64,000 bases of DNA from positions 91,160 to 155,159 of the IMG/VR virus record IMGVR_UViG_3300032242_000550, one strand, 5' to 3'. Of the stretch, positions 28,201 to 36,620 are shown piece by piece. The DNA is from a virus. Position 1 is the first letter of the stretch. The number at the start of each line of letters is the position of its first letter. The position numbers were made by a program, and so were the translations under genes. Below the pieces are notes generated by a model. It did no database searches and had not been told where the DNA came from. It saw only the letters and a program-made list of their open reading frames with translations.

Positions 28201-30027
28201 CCAAATATAACAAGTGTTGGTACACTAACTAGTTTAAGTGTAACAGGTAATATTACTAGTGGTAATGCTAATTTAGGTAACAATGTAAGTGCTAACTTCT
28301 TTACTGGTAATGGTGTATACTTAACCGGTATTACAACATCAGGCTTATCAAATGGCAATAGTAATGTAAATATACCGGCTGCAAATGGCAATATAAACTT
28401 AACCGCAGTGGGTAATACTACATTAGTTGTTACTGGCACTGGTATAAATGTAGCCGGTACACTAAATGTTACCGGTACTGCTACAGTTGGTAATTTGGTA
28501 ACAAGTGGATCAGGTGGCACACTATCTAACATTAATGTAGTATCGGCAAATACATTTACTGCAAGTGGTAATATTACAGCTGGTAATGCTAATTTGGGTA
28601 ATAGTGTAACTGCTAATTACTTTACTGGTAATTTTTATGGAACAGCCAATACAGCTACAACGGCAGGCACTGTAACAACAGCGGCTCAACCAAACATAAC
28701 AAGTGTTGGTACACTAACAAGTTTAGGTGTTAATGGTACAGTAACAGCAGTAGCATTTACAGCCAACACTGGTGTATTTACAGGTAATGGTAACGGATTA
28801 AGTTCAATAGTTGGTGCTAACGTAACAGGTCAAGTAGGCAACGCATTGGTTGCTGGTACAGTATATACTAATGCTCAACCAAACATAACCTCAGTTGGTA
28901 CATTAACTGGATTGACTGCAACAGGTAATATCACTGGTGGCAACTTAGTTGTTTCTGGAAATGGATATTTAGATGTAACCGGTCCAACTGCACAAGCTTA
29001 TACAGTAAGAATTAGAGGTAATACAGGCGGAGCACAATTTGCTATTGCTACTTCTAATACTGCTAGTTTTGGTATTGCTAATGATTCATTAACTGCCGCA
29101 GGAACAGATTATGCTAATTTAACTTATAGTGCTAATACTATTGTTTTTAAAACAGGAAACACTTCTACTTTAGCAAACAGAGTCACAATTGATTCTGTTG
29201 GTGCTGTTACAGTTGTAGGTAATTTAACTACTGGAAATTTAATTGGGCCACATGCAAATGGTAATAGTAACGTAAATATACCAAGTAGTAACGGTAATGT
29301 TAATATAAGTGCAGTAGGTGTTGCTAATGTATTAGTTATAACTGGTACAGGGGCAAACATTGCAGGTACATTACAGGTAAGTGGTCAAAGTAATTTAGGT
29401 GCTGTGGGCAACGTAGTTATTACCGGCGGTACAAATGGTTATGTACTAAGCACAAATGGATCTGGTGTATTAAGTTGGGTAGCACAATCAGGTGGCGGTG
29501 GTTCATCTATTAGTAATGGTAATAGTAATGTAAGTATTGCTACTGCAAATGGTAATATCACAATGAGTGCTGTTGGTAATGCTAATATTGTTACTGTTAC
29601 TGGTACTGGAGTTAACGTAGCAGGTACATTAAATGTCACTGGTCAAAGTAATTTGGGTGCAGTTGGTAATGTTAAAATAACCGGTGGTTCAAACACTTAT
29701 GTGTTGAGTACGGACGGTACGGGTAATTTAAGTTGGGCAGCACCGACAGCGGCAAACGTAGTAGTAGATAATTTTACTGGTAATGGAGTACAAACAGTAT
29801 TTACTTTAAGCACCACTCCAATTGGCATAAATCAAACTAGTATTAACTATAACGGTGCAACAGTACTACGTTCAGATTATACATTAGCCAATGCTAATAT
29901 TACATTTAGTAGTGCTCCGGCAAATGGAAGTTTGATAGAAGTAACAACTATAAATCTCACATCTGGTGGTAGCGGTGGCATAACGGCACAAGATTTATTA
30001 AGCCCGTTCTTGTTAATGGGAGCATAA
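25237..30027 (+). CDS. Long tail-fibre-like structural protein 3
   Basis: NGNSNV repeat modules, third copy of the GTRILVK domain, C-terminal FTGNGVQTVFTL...FSSAPANGS domain. Confidence 0.75.
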   Translation: MANPPKLLSGRVPVTPYSNLSSDRYQFLNLSDAEPSLSSGTANSVLTLGTSNARVWSSSVNLTSANISGNITSGNANLGNVVIANYFSGNGSLLTGITVSAGNSIVNGNSNVSVVANSNVNISAVGNANVVVITGTGLVVNGTANISGNLSSGNANLGNVARANYFIGSGNNLSNIQGANVSGAVSYATTANSVAGANVSGTVANATYATTSGYATSAGSATNATTAGYATTAGSASSADTALTAATVTTNAQPNITSTGTLTSLSVSGNANTGNLGTNNFIATGTGSFGANVNMNSNWINNVGYPSSNTDVATKLYVDTMISSGISYHQPVLAATTTTLATATGGTTAYNSPNGAANGIGAYISTTGTFNLIDTANVQTVGTRILVKDEANAAWNGIYTYANTTAIVRSTDTDEYGPDSVEQLSINDYFFVQSGVVNKGVAYVVSSPAGIITFGTSNIVFAQFSTSQVYSAGTGLTLTGTTFSVNASQTQITSVGTLGSLAVTGNITSGNANLGNNVTANYFTGNGVYLTGITTSGISNGNSNVNIPSSNGNVNISSAGNANIVVVTGTGANINGTLNVTGTATVGNLVAGGSGGNISNANVISANTFIATGNITAGNANLGNSVTANYFIGNFYGTANIATTAGTVTTAAQPNITSVGTLTGLTSTGTINLTSASNVALGPVANVHITGGSLGQYLQTDGSGTLSWVSISSSSTLANGNSNVNIPAANGNVNISSAGNANIVVVTGTGANITGTLNVTGNATVGNIITGAGSGGNITGANVISANTLSISGNITSGNANLGNAAIANYFIGSGANLTNIPGGNVAGQVSNSLIASTVYTNAQPNITSTGTLVNLIVSGNVAFSGANVSLGSVSNLHITGGSANYILQTDGAGTLSWAAAASGSNISNGNSNVNIPSANGNVNISSAGNANIVVVTGTGANISGTLNVSGNATVGNIITGAGSGGNISGANNVSANTFTGTLTTAAQPNITSVGTLTSLSVTGNITSGNANLGNNVSANFFTGNGVYLTGITTSGLSNGNSNVNIPAANGNINLTAVGNTTLVVTGTGINVAGTLNVTGTATVGNLVTSGSGGTLSNINVVSANTFTASGNITAGNANLGNSVTANYFTGNFYGTANTATTAGTVTTAAQPNITSVGTLTSLGVNGTVTAVAFTANTGVFTGNGNGLSSIVGANVTGQVGNALVAGTVYTNAQPNITSVGTLTGLTATGNITGGNLVVSGNGYLDVTGPTAQAYTVRIRGNTGGAQFAIATSNTASFGIANDSLTAAGTDYANLTYSANTIVFKTGNTSTLANRVTIDSVGAVTVVGNLTTGNLIGPHANGNSNVNIPSSNGNVNISAVGVANVLVITGTGANIAGTLQVSGQSNLGAVGNVVITGGTNGYVLSTNGSGVLSWVAQSGGGGSSISNGNSNVSIATANGNITMSAVGNANIVTVTGTGVNVAGTLNVTGQSNLGAVGNVKITGGSNTYVLSTDGTGNLSWAAPTAANVVVDNFTGNGVQTVFTLSTTPIGINQTSINYNGATVLRSDYTLANANITFSSAPANGSLIEVTTINLTSGGSGGITAQDLLSPFLLMGA

Positions 30028-30036
30028 GGAAATAAC

Positions 30037-30366
30037 ATGGCAATCACATATAAAGTTTTAGGACAAAGTAATCCAGCAGCAAATACAAATACAACATTGT
30101 ATACGGTACCATCAGCAACATCTGCAGTTTGTAGTACACTGGTAATATGTAACCAGGCAGCGAGTGCGGCAACATTTCGTGTTGCGATACGCCCAGCTGG
30201 TGCAGCAATAGCAACACAACATTATACTTCATATGATACTAATATAAATGCTAATGACAGTATTACATTAACAATAGGTATAACACTAGCTACAACTGAT
30301 GTAGTTACAGTAAGAGCTAACACAACAACAGTTAGTTTTAATTTATTTGGATCAGAACTAACATGA
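30037..30366 (+). CDS. Small beta-rich structural protein, 109 aa
   Basis: MAITYKVLGQSNPAA..TTLYTVP...GITLATTDVVTV...FGSE; overlaps the next start (ATGA). Confidence 0.65.
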   Translation: MAITYKVLGQSNPAANTNTTLYTVPSATSAVCSTLVICNQAASAATFRVAIRPAGAAIATQHYTSYDTNINANDSITLTIGITLATTDVVTVRANTTTVSFNLFGSELT

Positions 30367-33300
30367 GTATAAGCTCAGTAACTAATGACCTTACAACTAG
30401 AGTAAGTGTTATCAATGCATTAAAACCTTTACCTCCAACTATATCAGGTTATAGTGTGGCTGGTAAAGATGACTTAGCATTAGATCCTGCAGGTGGACAG
30501 ACAGTACAAATTAATGGCACTGGATTTTTAGTAGGAGCAACAATTACATTTGATGGTAGTGCAGTAGCGATAGTTACATTTGTCAATGCAAATCAGTTGA
30601 CATTTACCAGCCCTGCAAAAAGTGCAGGCACATATACAATATATGTAGTAAATCCAGATGGCGGTACTGCGATTTATGTACCTGGCATTGTCTATAGTTT
30701 ATTACCAACTTGGTCAACAAGTGCAGGAAGTTTGGGTAGTTATTATGAGACAACAAGTATCTCTAATACTGTTGTAGCAACCGGTGATGCACCAATAACT
30801 TATTCATTATTTTCTGGTAGTTTACCAACTGGCGCTACATTATCTTCGGGCGGTGTAATTTCAGGTACAGCTCCAGTTGATAGCGGTAGTACAACATATT
30901 CATTTACGATACAAGCAAGTGATGCTCAATTGCAAGATAGTACAAGAAGTTTTAGTTTAACGATTAATACTGATGTTGTTACTTGGGTTAGTCCAGCAAA
31001 TAATACAACATATAGTAGTGCCGCAAATGCTGCTATAGCTAATGTAACATTAAGTGCGACTGATGCCGCTGGTTATAGTGTTAGTTATAGTGCAAATGCA
31101 TTGCCAACTGGGTTAAGCTTAAGTGGTGCAAACATATCAGGTACACCAACTGTGGTTGCTGATAGTAGTACATTATTAACTGCTACGGCTGCAACAACAA
31201 ATCGTACTAGTACAAGAACTATCAATTGGAGTATTACTGTAGCTAATGATACTTATTGGAAATATAATACATTATTGATACCCGGTGCAAGTACAACTTT
31301 TGTAGATGATGCTAGTACAAACAACTTTGGGTTGACCATTAACGGTGACACAAGACCTTACAATTTCAATCCTTACACACCAGGTTATTATAGCAATTAC
31401 TTCAACGGATCCAGTGCTATATCTATACCAACCACACAAATTACCACAGGATCATTTACTACTGAATGTTGGTTTTATCGTACAACGGATCCTGCAAATT
31501 ATAATATTATATTCGGCGGTGAGAATGTTGGTGCAGGCGGGACTATCAACACACAACTCTATGTCAAACCCACAGGTGCAGTTGGTTTTGTAATAAATGC
31601 GGCTAACGCAACTTCCGAGAGTTCTGCTGGTGTAGTTCCTACTGGGCAATGGTCACATGTTGTATGGGTAAGATCAGGCACAACTTGTGCAATATTTGTA
31701 AATGGTACCAGAGTAACGGCTGGCACTAGTAGCGGCACACTTAATATTAAAATGATAGGAGCCGGCGGCGATGGCGCCGGCGGCGCATTTGGAGCAGGAT
31801 ATAATAGTATTGGGTATATTTCTAATGCTAGAATAACAACTACTGCGGTGTATGATCCTACACTGACAACGCTTGCTGTACCTACTGCACCATTAACTGC
31901 AATCACAGGCACAACAATTCTCACTTGTCAAAGTAATCGTTTTGTTGATAACAGTACAAATGCATATGCATTGACAATAATTGGTTCACCTCAGGTACAA
32001 TCATTCCAACCCTTCACGCCAAACAATAGTTATAGTACTTATGGTAGTGGATACTTTGATGGTAGTGGGGATAGTCTGTCGTTGAGTCAGCAAACTGCAT
32101 TATCTTTTGGAACAGGAGATTTTACAGTTGAATCATGGGTATATCCTACTGCTAATCCAGTGTCTTATTGGTCAATTATAGATGCAAGAGGATCAGCCAC
32201 TGCTGTTCCGTGGGCAGCCGGCCTACGATTAATATCTAGCAATTTGAAATTAGAGTTTTATAATGGCACACAAATACAAGGTTCTATTACTGTTCCCTTA
32301 AACACTTGGACGCATATTGCATACACACGATCTGGTACTACATTTAAGGGGTTTGTAAATGGGGTCGTAGATATTAACACTACAATGTCTACAAATCTTA
32401 ATATTGCCGCAGGAACACAATATATTGGTGCAATAGTAGACCCAACCTACAATACAGGTTACATATCCGATGTACGAATAGTCAAAGGCACAGCAGTCTA
32501 TACCTCAGCATTTACCCCACCTACAGCACCACTAACCGCAATCACTAACACTCAATTATTAACATTACAAAACAATCAATCAGTAAACAATAACATATTC
32601 TTAGATAACAGTAGTAATAACTTTTTAGTAACAAGATATGGTAATACTACTCAAGGTACATTTAGTCCTTATGGTGGTAACTGGAGTAACTACTTTAATG
32701 GTAGCAGTTACTTAAGTGCAGGAACAACTGCTTCTAATTTTCTTTGTACTGGATCAGCTACCGGAATCACTGCAACATTTGAAGCGTGGGTATATCCAAC
32801 AGCATATAGCACAGGTGCATCTGCTTGGATGTTTTCCCCAATACATGCCAAAGGAGCAACATACTTTAATTTTGGTGTTCGTAATGGTGCGGTGCGCTTT
32901 TATTGGTATGACGGAACCTATAAAAATGTAGACTCTACCTCTACTAGTGATGTTCCACTTAATACGTGGACTCATATTGCACTAACAATTAGTGCTAGCA
33001 CAATTAAAATTTATGTTAACGGCGTATTGAATGTAACTTCTGCAACTTATACTGGTGTAGCTGCTGCTGGTGCCAACCAAACAGAACAAATTGGTTTTGA
33101 AGGTAACCAACCAACATATTTTTCTGGATATATTTCTAACTATCGTTTAAATAGTACAGTAGTTTATTCAGCGGCATTCACCCCGAGTACTACACCGTTA
33201 ACTGCCATATCAGGTACAAGCTTATTAACTTGTCAATCAAATAGTTTCATATATAATAACACAATTCCTTTAACTGTGACAGGCACGCCGACAGTACAGC

Positions 33301-35147
33301 GTTTTAGTCCATTCCATCCATCATCAGTAACATCCACAAGTTATAGTGGTTATTTTGATGGCAGTGGGGATTATTTAACTCTACCTGATAATACGGCTTT
33401 AGAACCGAGTTCAAGTAATTTAACTTGGGAAATGTGGATTAATACTATTAACTCAACTCAATATGCTACTTTATACAGTAGAACACCGGCTGCGTTTGCC
33501 ACAGGTATGTGGTCTTTCATGATGAATTGGTCTTCATCTACTGCCGGCGATGTTGCGGTATACTTTGCTGATTATAGTCTGTCATCACCTCTTGTGACTA
33601 CCACCGGTGTAAGTATTCGTGATGGCGCATGGCACCATATTGCACTTGTTAGAAATGGCAGTGCTTGGACTATTTATATAGACGGTACCTCTAGAGGAAC
33701 CGGAACTTGGGCAGGTACAATAGCAGATATAGCGTATGGTCCATATATAGGTGCAGATCAAAATTACGGAAGAGCATACCTAGGTTACATATCAAATTTA
33801 CGTATAGTAAAAGGAACTGCAGTATATACAAGTAACTTTACACCAAGTACTACACCATTAACCGCGATTGCAAATACAAGTTTGTTAACATTACAATCAA
33901 CTACATTTATTGATAACAGCACAAACAACTTTACGATTACTGCTGTTGGTGATAGTAAACCGTCAATACAAAATCCGTTTGGTTACACTAGTGCTCTAAC
34001 AACTGGTTATAGTACTAGTACAATAGGTGGCAGTGGATACTTTGATGGCTCTGGGGATTATTTAACTGTACCTAGTAGTTCTATATTTCAAATAACTGGT
34101 AACGTTACGATAGAAGCGTATGTTTATGCAACAGCTATCAATACATATCAAAACATATTATCACAATATCTAAATAGTACAAATGCATTTGCTTGTGGTT
34201 ATAACTCCGCATCTGGTTGGTATTTTAACTATCGTAACAACGCCGCAGAAGTTACCAATTACCGAGCTGGCACCTCTCCGTTAAATGCCTGGACTCATGT
34301 TGCATTTGTAAAATCTAGCACAACAATGACAGTATATATCAACGGAACAGCACTAGCTTCTACTATCACAGTTCCTGATTTACCACAATTTGCGGCTTCA
34401 CTGTATGTTGGCTTGTGGGCTGGTGCAAGTGACTCACCTTGGGTTGGTTATATATCTGATTTACGAATGATTAAAGGTGCAGTCTACACTAGTAACTTTG
34501 TACCACCCTCAGCTCCACTAACCGCAATACAAAATAGTAGTCTGTTACTCAATATGGTTGGAGCTGGCGTCTACGATGCCGCAATGATGAATAACATGGA
34601 AACTGTTGGTGATGCAAAACTAAGTACAGCAGTAAGTAAGTTTGGCGGAAGTAGTATGGCGTTTGATGGTACTGGCGATTGGTTATTACTACCTGCTAGT
34701 ACAACGCTAGCATTGGGTTCTGGTGATTTCACTGTAGAAATGTGGATGTATCCAAATCTAACATATGGTTCAACCTATGCTGGTTTATTAGATTCCAGAA
34801 CAAGCGGAGATGGCGCCGGATTAGTTTATTTTGGCTATACGGGAACTGCAAACCAAATTGGTTGGAAAGACAATACAACAAATGTGGTTACCGGAACTGT
34901 TACTCAAAGTACTTGGAATCACGTAGCAGTTGTAAGGTCAAGTGGTACAATGAAATTGTATATAAACGGGACATCAGTTAGTACTGGATCTAATTCTACA
35001 AATTATACAGTTTCTTTCAAATATATTGCTACTTCTTTTGATCCATTCTCATTCAACGGTTACATAGACGACCTAAGAATAACAAAAGGTTATGCACGAT
35101 ACACGGCTAACTTCACACCACCAACAAGTGCATTTCTGATATATTAA
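30363..35147 (+). CDS. Multi-domain adhesin: IPT/TIG and Ig-like domains followed by several LamG/ConA-like domains
   Basis: GGQTVQINGTGF...YVVNPDGG (IPT); GSLPTGATL/LPTGLSL (Ig-like); repeated FTVE.W...W.H(I/V)A..R...GYIS..RI.KG.A.YT..FTP (LamG). Confidence 0.8.
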   Translation: MSISSVTNDLTTRVSVINALKPLPPTISGYSVAGKDDLALDPAGGQTVQINGTGFLVGATITFDGSAVAIVTFVNANQLTFTSPAKSAGTYTIYVVNPDGGTAIYVPGIVYSLLPTWSTSAGSLGSYYETTSISNTVVATGDAPITYSLFSGSLPTGATLSSGGVISGTAPVDSGSTTYSFTIQASDAQLQDSTRSFSLTINTDVVTWVSPANNTTYSSAANAAIANVTLSATDAAGYSVSYSANALPTGLSLSGANISGTPTVVADSSTLLTATAATTNRTSTRTINWSITVANDTYWKYNTLLIPGASTTFVDDASTNNFGLTINGDTRPYNFNPYTPGYYSNYFNGSSAISIPTTQITTGSFTTECWFYRTTDPANYNIIFGGENVGAGGTINTQLYVKPTGAVGFVINAANATSESSAGVVPTGQWSHVVWVRSGTTCAIFVNGTRVTAGTSSGTLNIKMIGAGGDGAGGAFGAGYNSIGYISNARITTTAVYDPTLTTLAVPTAPLTAITGTTILTCQSNRFVDNSTNAYALTIIGSPQVQSFQPFTPNNSYSTYGSGYFDGSGDSLSLSQQTALSFGTGDFTVESWVYPTANPVSYWSIIDARGSATAVPWAAGLRLISSNLKLEFYNGTQIQGSITVPLNTWTHIAYTRSGTTFKGFVNGVVDINTTMSTNLNIAAGTQYIGAIVDPTYNTGYISDVRIVKGTAVYTSAFTPPTAPLTAITNTQLLTLQNNQSVNNNIFLDNSSNNFLVTRYGNTTQGTFSPYGGNWSNYFNGSSYLSAGTTASNFLCTGSATGITATFEAWVYPTAYSTGASAWMFSPIHAKGATYFNFGVRNGAVRFYWYDGTYKNVDSTSTSDVPLNTWTHIALTISASTIKIYVNGVLNVTSATYTGVAAAGANQTEQIGFEGNQPTYFSGYISNYRLNSTVVYSAAFTPSTTPLTAISGTSLLTCQSNSFIYNNTIPLTVTGTPTVQRFSPFHPSSVTSTSYSGYFDGSGDYLTLPDNTALEPSSSNLTWEMWINTINSTQYATLYSRTPAAFATGMWSFMMNWSSSTAGDVAVYFADYSLSSPLVTTTGVSIRDGAWHHIALVRNGSAWTIYIDGTSRGTGTWAGTIADIAYGPYIGADQNYGRAYLGYISNLRIVKGTAVYTSNFTPSTTPLTAIANTSLLTLQSTTFIDNSTNNFTITAVGDSKPSIQNPFGYTSALTTGYSTSTIGGSGYFDGSGDYLTVPSSSIFQITGNVTIEAYVYATAINTYQNILSQYLNSTNAFACGYNSASGWYFNYRNNAAEVTNYRAGTSPLNAWTHVAFVKSSTTMTVYINGTALASTITVPDLPQFAASLYVGLWAGASDSPWVGYISDLRMIKGAVYTSNFVPPSAPLTAIQNSSLLLNMVGAGVYDAAMMNNMETVGDAKLSTAVSKFGGSSMAFDGTGDWLLLPASTTLALGSGDFTVEMWMYPNLTYGSTYAGLLDSRTSGDGAGLVYFGYTGTANQIGWKDNTTNVVTGTVTQSTWNHVAVVRSSGTMKLYINGTSVSTGSNSTNYTVSFKYIATSFDPFSFNGYIDDLRITKGYARYTANFTPPTSAFLIY

Positions 35148-35221
35148 TGTAATATGTGTTATGGTTACGCTACTAAATAGAATACAGGATTACAAATGGC
35201 ATTAACATTTTAAGGAAAATT

Positions 35222-36163
35222 ATGGCAATATTAAGTGGATTAACAATATCAGGCGGTGGGATAACTATTCAAGGCGCCAGTGGCGGTGGAGGAGGTGGTA
35301 CACAAAAAGCTATCTTTGGATATGGATCTACTGCTGGAGGATATCAATCCATAACCAATCTAGTGAGCAACACTGGTGTTGTTGCCGCAGATACCACAGG
35401 TGTTGGCACTATCAGATCCTCTTTGGCAGCCGCCGGCTATGGCGGTGACAAAGCTATATTTGGTTATGGCACCGGTGCCGGAGGTTCAAAATCAGTGACC
35501 AATTTGGTATCAAACACTGGTGTAGTGGCCACAGATACCGCCGGTGTTGGCACGGCTAGACCTTATCTAGCAGCCGCCGGATACGGCACTGATAAAGCCA
35601 TATTTGGTTATGGATTGGCAGCAGGCGCGTCAGCATTAACCAACTTAGCATCAAATACAGGTGTAGTTGCCACAGATACAGCAGGTGTGGGTACTGCGAG
35701 ATATGGATTAGCAGCCGCTGGTTATGGCACAGACAAAGCCATATTTGGATATGGAACTAGTAGTAGTGATACATCAATAACCAATCTAGTAAGTAACACA
35801 GGGGTCGTAGCCACAGATACAACTGGTGTTGGCACCGCTAGGTCCTTTCTAGCAGCCACAGGCTATGGAGGTGACAAAGCCATATTTGGTTATGGAGTTA
35901 CTACTCCGATACTTTCAATGACCAATCTAGTATCAAACACAGGTGTAGTAGCCACAAATACCACCGGTGTAGGAACTGCTAGATATAATCTTGCAGCCGC
36001 TGTTTATGGAGGTGATAAAGCCATATTTGGATATGGAAATGATGGTTCACCGTATTCAGCAGTAACTAACTTAGTGAGTAATACAGGTGTTGTAGCCACA
36101 GATACCGCCGGTGTTGGCACTGCTAGACAGGCAGTAGCAGCCGCAGGGTATTCACTAAATTAA
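35222..36163 (+). CDS. Kelch-like propeller family A, copy 6 (orphan, outside the array)
   Basis: Six identical-scaffold repeats; Gly linker instead of PPP; visibly more GGC/GCC codons than copies 1-5. Confidence 0.7.
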   Translation: MAILSGLTISGGGITIQGASGGGGGGTQKAIFGYGSTAGGYQSITNLVSNTGVVAADTTGVGTIRSSLAAAGYGGDKAIFGYGTGAGGSKSVTNLVSNTGVVATDTAGVGTARPYLAAAGYGTDKAIFGYGLAAGASALTNLASNTGVVATDTAGVGTARYGLAAAGYGTDKAIFGYGTSSSDTSITNLVSNTGVVATDTTGVGTARSFLAATGYGGDKAIFGYGVTTPILSMTNLVSNTGVVATNTTGVGTARYNLAAAVYGGDKAIFGYGNDGSPYSAVTNLVSNTGVVATDTAGVGTARQAVAAAGYSLN

Positions 36164-36181
36164 ATTAAAGGAAAATAAACA

Positions 36182-36538
36182 ATGAGTCATTTTGCACAAA
36201 TAGATGAAAATAACATAGTAACACAAGTTATTGTGGTAGAACAAGATGTATTAGATACAGGATTGTTTGGTGATCCAAATTCATGGATTCAAACTAGCTA
36301 TAATACAAGCGGAGGTGTACATCGCTTAGGTGGCACACCATTACGTAAAAACTATGCTGGTATTGGCTATACTTATGATAGTACTAAAGATGCATTTATA
36401 CCACCAAAACCATATAATTCATGGATATTAAATGAAGATACTTGCTTGTATGAAGCACCTACAGTAATGCCAGATGATGGTAAACAATATACATGGGATG
36501 AAGATACAACATCTTGGGTAGAAATAGTATTACCATAG
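36182..36538 (+). CDS. MSHFA-type putative assembly chaperone, paralog of ORF 12326
   Basis: Near-identical over most of its length to ORF 12326. Confidence 0.6.
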   Translation: MSHFAQIDENNIVTQVIVVEQDVLDTGLFGDPNSWIQTSYNTSGGVHRLGGTPLRKNYAGIGYTYDSTKDAFIPPKPYNSWILNEDTCLYEAPTVMPDDGKQYTWDEDTTSWVEIVLP

Positions 36539-36620
36539 TAACTCATAGCGTTCAAATTGGATTAAATACATATGTGTGATTAAAAATTTAATCTGGGCAC
36601 AATAATAAGAGAATCAATAC

